DNA of 64,000 nt from Phallusia mammillata (taxonomy: Eukaryota): contig OZ281494.1 in assembly GCA_965637545.1 (NCBI GenBank), positions 22,878,001 through 22,942,000 of the forward strand. The letters run 5' to 3'. Under the pieces are notes generated by a model. The model searched no databases. It had not been told where the DNA came from and was given only the letters and a program-made list of their open reading frames with translations. The translations under genes were made by a program, and so were the position numbers. This document shows, one piece after another, positions 1 to 12,997 of the stretch. The first letter of the stretch is position 1, and every line of letters begins with the position of its first letter.

Positions 1-662
1 GGACAGTTATGATGAAAATGCAGTATGTTGCCATACTGGGCTCTATGTACTACAATATAATTGTGTACCTTCTTATTGGTGCTGGGGTTCTGGTATTTCT
101 CACTGGCATTCTAGGCTGTGTTGGAGCAATTCAGAAAAACAATGCAATGCTTACATGCTATTTTGTCCTCCTGGTTGTGATATTTCTTTGTGAGTGTATT
201 GCTGGAATTTTGGCTTTTGTGTACTATGAATCACTACATGATGAGCTATCTGAGGGGCTCCGTTCCAACCTGAACAAGAACTACAATCAAACTGACAAAG
301 AAGCATTGAGTGATGCAGTAGACATGATGCAACAAGACTTCCAGTGTTGTGGTGTGGAATCATATCTTGACTGGCAAGATAGCACTTTTGTCAAGCAAAA
401 CAAAGATGGCCTGAAAACACCAGAGTCCTGCTGCAAATCAGTCACCCCCTTATGTAGCAAGCGTGATCACCCCTCCAACATCTACAGAATTTTGGGATCT
501 GATAGTATGGGCTGTTTGACTAAATTGGAGCTGTATATAAAGGAACATTTGTTCATTCTAGCTGTAACAGGAACTGCAGTGGCATGCTTAGAAATCCTGG
601 TTATGATTTTTGCTTGCTGTTTGAGAAGTGCTATTAAGAAAGAAGAAGGGGAACCTTATTAG
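1..662 (+). CDS. CD151: Tetraspanin, CD151/TSPAN11-like; 5'-truncated at the window edge, no introns in the visible part
   Basis: The ORF is open to the window edge. It has TM segments, the CCG motif (FQCCG), PESCC, and CSKRDHPSNIY (compare CD151 CGQRDHASNIY), then the conserved GC before TM4 and a short tail. CD151 versus TSPAN11 orthology cannot be resolved by eye. Confidence 0.9.
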   Translation, partial: TVMMKMQYVAILGSMYYNIIVYLLIGAGVLVFLTGILGCVGAIQKNNAMLTCYFVLLVVIFLCECIAGILAFVYYESLHDELSEGLRSNLNKNYNQTDKEALSDAVDMMQQDFQCCGVESYLDWQDSTFVKQNKDGLKTPESCCKSVTPLCSKRDHPSNIYRILGSDSMGCLTKLELYIKEHLFILAVTGTAVACLEILVMIFACCLRSAIKKEEGEPY

Positions 663-2418
663 AAACTTTGCACATTTTTTTAATATTTGCTTTTGTTTTC
701 TAACACTGCTGTATGCATTGCATGGCTTTTTAAGTTTTAAGAGAGGGTGACATACACAAAAAATATAACAACATGAACTTTCCAAGTGAAATCAATCTGA
801 AAAAGAGATGCATCTAAAATGGATTTTTTTGAAGTATATTTGTCATACAGTAGATTAAAAGAGATTGGGCACAAAAAAAAATGTCAAGTTGGCAGTGAAA
901 ATGTTGACATGCACTATATGTGACCACTGAAAAAGTACACAATTGTGGTGATTACCTATTGTTGATTTGATAGCAATGTAAAATAATGGCTAACCTAAAA
1001 TTAAGTGTAATTGATATTCCAATGTCTTTTTTTTGTTCAAATTTATTCGATTAGTTGCTTTATTCATTACATCATGATATTTTAGTTCTGTAAGTGTTTT
1101 GACAAGTTTATTTTTTGCATTTTATGTTTTTTTTAATTTTATCATCCAAATATGTGTTCTTTCTCGTTACTGCTTCATCACTTGTACAAGTATTCATGCA
1201 GAATACATTTTAACATTGTTTTAACACCAGTTTTGTGCTGAATCATAAGTTGACATATTTCGAAATACATTTTTCTTTGGTGAGTTTTATGTACGATTAC
1301 TAACAACCAAGTCTAGTCATAGCCCAAGGCTATTTCTTTCAAACCTGATCACATATTTTTGGTTTTCGGATTGTTCTAATAAATCTTTTAGTTCGATTTC
1401 TGTGTGATTTGTTTGTTATCTTGTGAAAATTTAGAAAGAGTTTGTGTCAGAAATGGGATTTTATACCCAAATGCTTGATGGTACTGCACTCTTAGGTCTC
1501 ATTTGTTTTTTCCCCTTTGAAAATAACACCAATCAAAAATGCGACAGAAGTACGACTTTCTTCAGTCACTTAATTTGATATCTTTGGATCTTCAGAATTT
1601 GAGGATCTTCAGAATACCTGATACAGAACTTTTGCCGAACACCAGGCCTACGACCAAACCTGGGCTGCTTTCGAGCACGGGCCGCAAATAATGTTTTAGC
1701 CTAAGCTATACAGAAGAACTGTGACTTAAGAAACAACCCACATAAAATGACACCAAACCTACCATGTGTATGCGCGTGTTCGTCAAGTTACGCAAAATAA
1801 GTTTGATTTTCTGTTTAAAATTTAAATATTTCTCTTTATTGTCGGAAAAAATGTTTGATTTGCGAACGCCAATGTTTATCTTTCCAAAAATTGCAAGCCG
1901 ACAGCCAAGAAATAGCAGTTGATTTTGGTCTTCACGTTTTGCAGATTTACAGTGATGAAAGACGCATTAGCCTACGTAGCGTAGTGATGTACAGAATATT
2001 CTATTTGCTAAATTAGGCCGAGTCAGTTTTTACGTAAACAACTCAGCAGCGCAACAGTCAATTCAGCTTAGTTACGTAGGCTACTACCAAATCTTTCATA
2101 CTGCACAAAAACTAACATCGCGTCATCTAGTATAATTTGCAAAACTCGTTTTGTCGACCCAGATAAGCGTTGGTAATGTATTTGCAGGCTTAAAACGACA
2201 ACCGAGACAAACACTTACACAACTAGAATACATTGCAATACAGCTATTCTGTTTTGTAACACTGTTTGTCTGCCCTGAAACTTATGTTTTATTGTAAAAA
2301 GCTTTTCGTACGACTTGGCGTGACGTCATAAATGGTTCCGTCGATTCGGCCGATTTTTTTCGACAAAACTGCCGAATAATAGGTTTCGGTCCGAACAAAT
2401 AAGTCGATTTAGTACATC

Positions 2419-2601
2419 CAGGGTTTTTTTAAGGTTTGGTTTGGGTGACCGCTAAGTAGTTTTAAGAGACCGCAAGCGTTTCATTTAAATACCAAAAAAT
2501 AGCCATATTTGCAAAAAATAGCCGTAAGTCCAAATTTTGGGAAACCGCTGGAGAAATTTGGGGGACCGTTTCGGTCCCCCAAAACACCTTAAAAAACACT
2601 G
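2419..2601. mobile_element. hAT-type MITE
   Basis: Imperfect TIRs CAGGGTTTTTTTTAAGGT / ACCTTAAAAAACACTG; exact 8-bp TSD AGTACATC on both sides. Confidence 0.8.
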
Positions 2602-2853
2602 AGTACATCAACAGTACATATAATCCCTAAATCTTGCACGATGAACTAATCGCCTAGTTGCCTATACTGAACGATTTTAATCCCAACATCAAAAACATTC
2701 CATTTTTTAAAGCTATAGCTAGGTCTAGGTTACTACATTATGGCCTGGTTGACAACTGTGCGAACGTTTCTGAAAGCTTCACGTTCATCAACATAGCTCG
2801 TAAAGTGCCATAAAATAGGAACAAATTTATAAATTGGCTTGTTTAGTGTGGAT

Positions 2854-3459
2854 CAGGGTCTTCAACCTAAAAAAGTTACAATTACGCGCAAACAATCGCC
2901 TTTTTAGTTGAAAATAATGGGGCACCACTCGGTAGAGGAGAATCCAAAACATTTAACATAAAATTACATTAGATTTAGCAAATTAAATGCTACAAATACT
3001 TCGCAGTTTGGAAAGCGCTAGTAGGCCTACAGAAAGTATCATTACTAGATGTGTCAAGTTTAAGGAAAGGCTATAGTTACCATTGAATTTAAAAAGTATG
3101 ACCCTTCACCACACATAGCCCTAATACAGTGTCCCTTGTGGCAAATTAGATGCCCAACCTTATTTTTAAATTGCTGTCGAATTCACAAAAAGTACAAACA
3201 ATCGCTAGTAAACACAATTTTTTAAAATAGCAGCATGTTTAAGCTGATGCTCTCCTTGTCCAGGGTGTTTGATTGCAAGACGAATAAAATCTGCTTGTAA
3301 GTTAAAGTTATAAAGAATCCCACAGTTCTTGTAAATATTTATACAATCAGTAATGTTGCAATCGCCCCCAACTTTTAAAAAGTCACCTGACACCATCGCC
3401 CGCTCGGTGGGCGAAATCGCCCCCCTGAGAGGCGATATCGCCCATGTTGAAGAACCCTG
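2854..3459. mobile_element. Degenerate hAT-type MITE
   Basis: Ends CAGGGTCTTCAACC / GTTGAAGAACCCTG. The flanks GTGTGGAT and GTGTATAG match only partly, so this is an old or uncertain element. Confidence 0.4.
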
Positions 3460-3498
3460 GTGTATAGGTTCAAATAACCAATTTCGTCTTTGCCGCAG

Positions 3499-6400
3499 TT
3501 ATGACAGCATCAGTTCATTTTACAAGCGCCTAAACGAGTCGGAAGATCCAAACGTGATCAACAATTATGAAGCGATGCTGCAAAACCTACTCAAAGACAT
3601 TGAGAACATGCAAGTGTCAATTAATGAGTTGGAGGGGTCGCTACACAGGTAAATATATGCTTATTATTTTACTTTTTTGTTTTAATAACGAAGTGACAAG
3701 AAAATAGCAAAATAGCCCAGTTAATTTTGTCTAAAGACAGAAATTTAAAAACAATAAAATTTTGACACGACGTTGCAATTTACACACAATTGAAACGATC
3801 AAAATGCGACAGCCCAGAGAGTGTTCAAACATTACATCAATAGTTATGTAACCAGCATGTCACCATCACACGATGCCTTTGTCACGAATAATTTGTTTGT
3901 CTTTAGACAACAGGATATTGCTACCGCTATAGAAGCTGTCTACAGTCCAATTTTAAGGTGCACACTTCAGTCAATATTGCAGACAATAATTAACTAACAC
4001 GTTTAACCCTTCGATGACATCACAAGGCGTTACGCGTGGCGAAACGTTACAGCGAAGAAAGCAGCCAATGTTTGCCAAGACAAAGTTAGGAATGGCATTG
4101 CGCTCAGTAAAGAGAAGCCCGTTTTGAGAAGGCTGAAAAGTTGTAAATTAGTTTGACTTCAAGTTTGGTTTGTTTTTTTAGATTTGTGAAGGTCTGCGTT
4201 TCGTTTTGAAAGTTTTGTTAATGTGCTGTTAGGCTGTGACATCGTACAAAAGTTGCAAACTGCTAAATTAATTATCTGTATTTTGGCGTTTAATTCTTAT
4301 TGTCGATTATTTTGCAACATTGCCGGATTGCTCCGAATTTTTATGAGGTTTGAAAACTGCAAAATTCGAATGAGAAATTACGCCGGCCAAAATGTTTTGT
4401 AAGTGCTTTAATGAATCGGCTTAAAATCTTACGACTAAAGTAAAACATCTTTCAGTAAAAACTAACGTTTTTCTCTTCCAGTCTAGTTATGCCTGAACTT
4501 TTTGTAAAGATGCTTTCATTGAAAAATCAGTGTCAACACAGCATAGAAGCGAAATGTTATTTTTAAAGTCTTTTTACTACGTTTACCAACAGCCAACGTA
4601 TTGGCATCGGATAAGGGCAATAAAAAACCCATTAACCTGGATCGAACAGTATTTAGTAAGCTTTGTATTTGGTGTTTACCAAAGTTATTCATGTGTGACA
4701 AGTTGCGTCGTTCAACCATGACACCACGCTTCAGTAGAGACACTTGATCCGACATAAGCGCGTAAGCCGCTGTAGCGAAAACATATAGACAGCAACTTTA
4801 CCATAGGGGAGGTTGACCAAATTCAGTAGACCGAAGCAAAGATAATACCAAGTAGTTTAAGGACGAAAAACCAAAGTTTATTGCTGGCACCCACATTTTG
4901 ACACCTGCAGTAAAATGAATCACAAAATGCGCTGCGCGGCGAGTAAAACGATTTGAATGTGTAAGTTTAGCTACAACGCCCGAGGGAAGTTGACAAGTTA
5001 AATTGCCGTGTTCACGAAATGATAAGATTTTTTTCGCATTTCCAAAGGACCAGAATATTACTAAAGAATGCTGGACATGGATTGCAGTGCTTTAAAGCGA
5101 AAAACGTCCTGTCATATACTTTTTGTGTCCATTAAGGATATAACTTTATAAAATCAACTTTACACAAACCTTAAGTTTGTTTAGGTATTCGAATTTTAAA
5201 TTTTAAATTAAGTACCTGACTAAAATCTAGTTCAGTTCGGATTGCTGAGTTATAGAAATTTTGTCAGCCGAAAAATTTTGTCAGTAGAAATTTTTTTTTG
5301 TCTGTAGCTTTAGAAACCACCTGTTCCTAAAAGCGACTAAAAACCATGAGGCGTGAGATTTCAGGTACTAGTTCGAAGGTGGCAACACGATCTTTTTAGC
5401 AGTCCAAATAAACCAAGCTTAACTGTTAACAGAAATCTTACGGGAAGACAAGTCTAATCAATTGGTGTCAGAAATTCGTCAAATCTTCAGCTGTTTCCAA
5501 AATGCTCGTTTATGTTTGCCTGGCGGATAAAGATGCTGTTTAGAGCTGTTTACAAACTTGCGTGTGGTTCTGAATGGAATGTTTAAACATATATAGCTAA
5601 TGATAGTTTAAAATATTCAAACCAAAGTTTTTCGAAAACAAAAACAAATCTAAAATGTTCGATTGGCATACAAGGCAAAAGTCGGTATATTTTCTGAAGC
5701 GTCTTGAAACCAAATGTAAGAAAGCTGTAGTCAAAATCGTGGTCTGCACCGAGTAGAATGGATGGGTGTAGGTGTAGGCGGCAAGTTTTAGGGCGCTGTA
5801 GACATAAAACAGCTGCACGTTGATGCACAGACAGAGATGTAAAGCATGTTACAAACAAAAAGCTTTTAAATTCCAGAAGATACCACAAAAACAAAAAATC
5901 AGAAAGAATTTGCAGTTCAAAGTTGCGAGCATATTAGTTACGGGTCTGAAATGTCCTTTTGGTACATACATTTAATATGTCATTTATACACAACGGTTGC
6001 ATGTTTGACCCTTTTCTGAACTATTCATACCAACGAACTCAGTGTCGATGACGTTATGAGTTGTGACGCTTCGATGTGTCACTGATGGTTTCATGTAAAA
6101 CGATTGTTGCGTAAAATGTGACCAAAAGTTGACTGCCATTGATCCATACCATAATGCGTATGGGTGATTTGTTGTTTTCAATAGCTTACCTACAATGATA
6201 TCACGTTAAATATATTTTATAGCTTGGCCTGGTTTTCTTTAACTTTTAACTCAAAATGATTTCACCCGACTCGAAGAACGGAATTTTGCATTTCTTGGCA
6301 TTCAGTTTTACGTTTCTCCAATTCCGCGGTTGCTAGGGTAACAGAGAAGAGCAGCGAGCAGCTGTCGATCCTGGAGGAAGAAATGGAGGCTCAAATTAGC

Positions 6401-9400
6401 CTCAAGGAGCGGAAAGTCAGGGAGGAGGAAAGAGAAAGAGCGGAAGAAGAGGAAAGAAAGCTGCGGGTGGAATATGAAGACCGAATTGCCCGTCTTCAAC
6501 AAGCTGTGCACAAACTGAAACAGGTGGAAATTACTGTTTTCACGTTTCACCGGTTTATATTTAGTTTACCAATTGCTTCGCTATCAATGCCATGCTAATT
6601 TTTGTTTAGTTTACACTTAAATTTAGGCGCAAAGTCTATACACTACAGCAAGGAGGGGTTTGGGAAAAAAGGGGTAAAATTACATGGGCCCCAGAAAAAG
6701 GCGCCCAATGGGTAAAACAGCTATTCTTAATAAATAAAATGCCTTTGCTTGGTTTGACCCAAAGTTGTCCTAAAAATGGATCTATCGAACTAAAGTTTGC
6801 AAAACGCGTACTGGTAATATTTCTTGAACAGTGCACAACCCGACCATTAGATGCAATGCGCGATGTTATGTAACATTTGCATATAATTTTAGGTGGATGA
6901 GCGATTGTCAAAAGTGAGTCCGCTCGAGAGCGAAGTGGAAAAACTGCGTGACAAACTTCGCACTATCACTGCGGTAAGACCATTGTTACGTCAATATCTT
7001 GCCATCTTCAGTATAATTTTCCATGGGAGGATACATCCTATTTGTAGCGAACGATTTTGTTGTCAAACTTTTTTTTGCTTAATTCTTTCTGTTCAGTGAG
7101 ATAATATTCGACTGGTACGTTTTGAGTATGATACAAAAGTATCAGTAGCGTAATGTAAATAGAAAATAAAATACCCTATTATATTATATATATAAGGATT
7201 ATAATAAAGGATTATAACTCAAATAAAGGATCATAACTCAAACTTACATTTTAACAGTGCATGTTTGGGTGTAAATATTGTTTCAAAACAAAAGAATCAC
7301 GTTGAATTTATGGCAGGAAAACGCAAGTCTCTCCTCGCGTTTAAACGAAGCCGAGACGCAAGGAGTTTTACTGAAAACGCAATTGGCAGCACTTCAAGTC
7401 GAATTACAAGAGAAAAGAATGATAGTGGATCGGTAGGTGGCGCTAAACTACACAAAAAAAGTTTTAATGCTGTGTATGGTCCGGCGCGCATGACCCATAT
7501 ACAGACATTAAAAAACCTGATCGGGATTCGTCCCCGTTAGTGTCCTGGGTTCAACTACATGTGCGAAAGAGAAAAAAATTCTTTACATTTACAAAATTTT
7601 AAATCGTTGCATTTATAAAAAAAAAGAACTACTATTTTGCTAAAACAACTGTTATACAGGATTGAACATGTTTTTCTGACGTTACAGCATTAAATACTTA
7701 CATATAATTTTTGTTGGGTATAAATTGTTTTCTGGTCATTTTTACGTTCGTATTCCCAGGGAAGTCCTGTTTTCTCTGAATCCGCCAAACTAATAATATA
7801 TACATTAAACTGACTATAGCTTATTCTCAACAACATGAAAACATTTTAAGCCCCATAAACCAATAAAAGTTTTGACAATCAGGCCTTACATCTCAGTGTA
7901 TACATTTCACACAATATCCATTGTTACTTCACAGAGAAAACGATGCCGTACGTCGGGTGTTAACTGAACAAGAGACGATGACGCGACAAGTTCACACATT
8001 GACGTAAGTTCTTCGCCTGTTTGCCAACTGCGTTCCGGCACGTTTATAAATGTTAATCCCTTTTTAGGGCGCCCAACACGAGTAGTGTCCCACATAGTCG
8101 TTTCTCGTTGCTAATTGCTTTGTATCGTTACAAACTCAAGACTTGGCGAGAAGTTCCAAATACGATTTATTCAGCGACCGACTCCCTCGTCGCCTTGACT
8201 TAATGTTAATGTTGCAATAACTCCGTACTCGGCAAATAAAAAACCTCTTACAGCGAGAACAGTTACAAATACTCGACGAAGCATGTAAGTTTGATTTCGG
8301 TGCCTCTAAAAATGGTGCTTTAGGAACCACAATCGAAAACTGCGGGACTCCAACGACGATTTGTTGGAAGTTTTGGAATCCAAGATGGCGGCCTACAAAC
8401 GGCTTTCCACGGAAATTCGGTCGCCCTCTGCCTCGTTGAACGGTGATTTTGCCTCCCTGTATTCCGCCACGCCGTCAAGGTTTGTGCTCTACTTATGACA
8501 CAGATTTCAAGACGTTGTATACATTAGAAGTTATTTGAAAGCAATGCCACTCACATTTTGATTTATAACGGTCTCTGCTGTTAGGTTTATAACAGTCATA
8601 ACATTTATATTCTGTACTGCGGATGTTTTACATTCTGCACTTATTTAGTACTGTATTTACTAATCTTGAGTTTTTGCCACTTTAATTTGTAAAAAAAACT
8701 TTACTCATTTTTTTGCAAAATTTGAATGAAAATGTTTGTTATCAAGGCTTGAATATCAGTTACAAAGTGGTCGTTCCTCTCGAGCCTCGTACGAGTCTGA
8801 AGCTCTTGCAATGTGCGACCCAAAACTCAGCTCAATTATATCTGAAGAAGATGACGTGAGCCATGATGATGACACCGAGGCAGATTATTCATTTAAATCA
8901 TCATTGGACGGCGGCATGGCCCTTGCCAGCAATGGCTTTGAACGAGACAGTGGAGTTGGCACAATTCGAGACGACCACGACACTGACACTGAAGTCGACG
9001 GTGGGCGGGTGTTTAGGCATCGATCCTTGGCCAATCGCTTGTCGGTTGGCCCAGTCTCGTCGGCAACTTCTCTGCGCAGTCCGAGTACCAAAAACATTGG
9101 ACGACATGACGTAATCGATGATGACGACACCGATGATGAAAATGATGACGACTTGGCGGAAGTACCGTCAGCAGAGAAGAGGAAGAGATTTGACCGACGG
9201 CGCGGTTCGTTGGAAAGAATGTCCAGGCGAAGGGTAAGTTATATGACATGCAACTTCATTATTTTGTGTTATTGTCATTGTATTTCAGATAACACCCACC
9301 CAGCCCCTAGTCAATGGTGAGCTGTACAAAATAATCCTGTGTGGGGATATGGGAGTTGGAAAATCAAGTTTTATTTTCAGAACTTGTAAAAATGAGTTTA

Positions 9401-10527
9401 ACCGACACACGAGATCAACGTTAGGTAAGTGCAAATGAAGCGAAACGTTTTGAAAAGGTTAAATAACAAAAATTCTGTAAGTTTTTTGTTGTTTATTTGT
9501 TCCACATTTGTGCAACTTTTTACAGGAGTTGATTTCCAGTCAAAAACTCTGATGTTGGATTCCCAGCAAGTGGTTACCCTTCAATTGTGGGACACCGCTG
9601 GCCAGGAACGGTTCCGAAGCATTGCAGCGTCATACTTCCGGAGGGCTGATGGCGTTATACTGCTCTATGACGTCACACAACAAGATTCTTTCCTCAACGT
9701 GAGGGATTGGATGGAAACTATAGCAGTAAGTTTTCGAATTTTTTTGTCAGTTATTTATATCACAGTAAACGAGGCAACCAACTTTATATGTGTAATTGGT
9801 CGTCTACAAGCTATCTGCGTTTGCTGTTTTGTCAATACATAATTTTGTGGGGTTTGAATTCAAAGCAACCCCGAACATGAATCCCTAACAGGTTTTTTAT
9901 GTTCGTAGGGTCAAGTGCTTGACACCTGTGTTAATTTTTGAATTTTAAAAATCACAGCATATTAATTAGTAAATCTTGCTGTTGAATGAAACTTATTAGT
10001 TTGCAACGTCCGTAATACATCGTGTACATTTGCTGCTACAGCATTCAGCACCTGAAGGGACACCCGTAATGATATGTGGAAATAAAGTTGATCTAAGAGA
10101 CGCAGGAACTAATGTGAAACGAGGTGCCGTATATCAGAAGGAAGGCGCACAATTAGCAGCGGTAAGTCACTTTATGGTAGTAAACTGTTTAAACCGAATC
10201 AAAAGAAACAAAAATTATGATGTTTTTTAATAATTTGCAAAATAAAACGTTTTCAAATGTTAAATTTATGCAAGAAATCGTGTACGATTCTTTTATAAAA
10301 TATAAATTTATCTGAAATATCTTATGTAACCTATTGTTTATCTGCAGAATTATGGGGTACTTTTTATGGAATGTAGCGCCGCAAGTGGACTAAACGTTCT
10401 CACCGCTGTAACGCGTCTGGCGCGTCACTTAGCGTCAAGAGTGCGACACCAAGTGGACAGTGGGTCTATCAAAGACTTAACAAACGTTGCGCCGAAAGTG
10501 GAGTCAAAGTGTTGTTTACGAAATTGA
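3499..10527 (+). CDS. RASEF: RASEF/RAB45 (coiled coil, linker and Rab GTPase domain); 5' exons not located
   Basis: Phase-consistent exons: 3499-3648, 6337-6523, 6893-6973, 7317-7432, 7935-8003, 8324-8479, 8747-9233, 9289-9424, 9526-9725, 10042-10161, 10348-10527. RASEF-like motifs: [40 protein letters not shown]. Rab motifs: [30 protein letters not shown]-terminal CCLRN prenylation motif. Confidence 0.93.
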
Positions 10528-10584
10528 GTATACCGTACACAAGATCGACAATCCAGCCAATTTTGTACAATATATTATTTAATG

Positions 10585-10838
10585 CAGGGGTGCACAACCA
10601 TTTCGTTATTAGCATCACGGTTTCTGCCGCTGGTGCGTCCGTTGTCGGTACGCTTTGCGTTATACTCGCTCATTTTGCATTATTTGCATACAATGAGTCA
10701 ACCGATAGCCTGACATTTGCATCCGCAACTCTTTCGGCCAGTTTTAGAAGGCAAATGTCTAGAAAACACGTTTAATTTACTGCCGTCAGTACGTATATTT
10801 TAATATACGTCTGCAACATAGCAAGTTGTGCACCCCTG
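10585..10838. mobile_element. hAT-type MITE just downstream of the RASEF stop codon (probable 3'UTR)
   Basis: TIRs CAGGGGTGCACAAC / GTTGTGCACCCCTG; exact TSD ATTTAATG. Confidence 0.88.
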
Positions 10839-12997
10839 ATTTAATGTTATTTGCACAATTTGTTTTCGTTTTTTTCTTTTGTCAATCTTCGCTGTTGACC
10901 CTTACCGAATTATACTGTTTGTTTGCCATTATTAGCTAATGGTCTGGACTTTATTTTGCGTATAATGTCTTAGTTTTGGTAGGACTCTTTTCTAAATGAC
11001 TCAGCATTTCCATTGCAGTGAATTAGCATTATTGCCGTCCTTGTTATTTTTTACCAAGTGTTCATGTTTTCGTAAGCTCCTGATTTTTAAACACAAAATT
11101 GAACTAGTACCGTCCACTTGTGTAAAAAAAACTACTGAAGCAAACAAACAATTGTAACAGTGAGTTAACAGACAAAAATTACCATAGTAATTAAAAATCA
11201 AACCTCACAAGCTTTTCCTAATCTTTTTTACTGTATATATTTTGTTTTCGCGGCGATGAATTCTTGTGGTGCAGCTGGCATCGCTCACCGCGTTCATATA
11301 TTTTGTACATTATAGGATACTGCCGTAGGTAGATGGTGCTCTTACTTTTATTTCTTCACGCTTACTTTTACTTCGTATTAGCTTTTTGGTTGTAGATTGT
11401 AGTGGGGACCTTCTAGGCAGGTTGCCCATAATTGCCTCATTTGCTATCAAGCTTGGCCCATCAGATTTCTTTTTTTTTTCGGTGACTAAATTTTTAATGA
11501 AACAATATCAAAGCGGTCTTTTTCGTCTTAATAATCTTTCCAATGTATTATTGGTAAATCACCACTGTCTTACGTCACAACCGTTTCTCGCGTGCAATAT
11601 GACGTCACAGAGGGGTATTTCGATAGTTCCAGGTTTGATTTACATTGTTTTTATGTGCGTGTTACGTCGCATTTACGAAATATATATATGTAATAGTTTT
11701 ACGAAGCGTGTATTTAAACCAGAAAAAAAATACTCATTCATGTTTGGGGGGGATATGTTTCCAAACCTTTCAATGTCTCGTCATAAATTTTTGACCAAAT
11801 TTTCGAAAAAGCTGGATTATTTTTTTCTCGGCATATCCATTCGTGGACTCGGTTTAAAAGTAAAAATGTGCTTCCAGTTTCTTTTACTTGCGCTTACTTC
11901 AAAAAGAAGCGTGTGCAGCATTGTGTTAACCAAGCGTGATCTCAGGGATAGGTGACAGTAAAAATAAGCACCTTATGATGTGCAGTAGCGACATAAAAAA
12001 GGTAAAATCAGAATACAGAAGCTTTTATTGTGGAATTAAGCGATACTGCATGGTCTCACAAAAATAAACATGGGAATAATATGCAAATTCGCTCTTGTTG
12101 AATATGACGTCAGAAACGAAAAACAGAAGCAGAACAATTCAATCGCGATTTCATTGTGACGTAACAAAAGTAGATTTGCATAATAAGCAAATAAACGCCA
12201 TTAGCGTTCCAAAATAAAAGATTCTCGATTAAAACAGCGCACTCATAGGACGATTAAGGCCTCATACGTTATGAAACAAAGCACGCCGTTTCGGCAACGG
12301 AAAGTTTCGCTGACATGGCGATCTATCTGTACGTCCACTGGAGGGCACAACAGTGGTGAAATAATAAGTGCTTAGGGAGCGGAAACTCTACGGATTCACA
12401 AGCAAAATAACACAGAAAATCAGCTGCTTTTTACATAAAGCGCTTCAATTTGAACCCACACCACAAAATTACTGTCCGAGAGATACTATAATTCAAAAAA
12501 GTTTGGCAGACTTTGTGACGACAAAAACGACGTCACAATTTATGTGAATGATGGCTGACTGTTTACCACAAGAAAAAAATCTGAAACATTTTTATCAAAA
12601 TTTATAGTTTTTGTTATCACACATTTTCATTTTTATTTAGTGAAAATAAAGTGAACTAATTGTGAGTCGCGTTTAATGAAAAGGCATTTAAAAACTTACA
12701 CAGGAAAATTCCGGGTACATTCCACCGGATAAAGCACAAGATATCGTAACTGCACAATTTCTTCAACTGCTGATAGGATGCATATGAACAGATGTTGACG
12801 TCTTGAAACTTCCAACGGCGTCAATAAAACCACTATAGGGACTAATTTGGATGGATATTTTGTTTAGGGAGGTGACTGGAATGCGTCATCAATTTTTCCA
12901 AAACACAGTGAATGTCAGAAACTGCTCCATCTAGCAATGGTGTGTGCAAAAGCGAAAGGGCCGATGCAAGTTGGTAGAGAGATCAGGAATGAAAGCA

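Noticed and set aside
7194-7242. Short tandem duplication (TAAAGGATTATAACTCAAA units)
   Set aside because: Two to three degenerate intronic units, ordinary slippage; there are no spacers, so it is not CRISPR-like.
8863-9249. Several overlapping alternative-frame and antisense ORFs
   Set aside because: Shadows of the GC-richer RASEF exon 8747-9233.
11386-11955. 189-aa plus-strand ORF
   Set aside because: It starts at TTG, has F/L/S-rich composition typical of AT-rich non-coding DNA, shows no motif, and lies between two convergent 3' ends.
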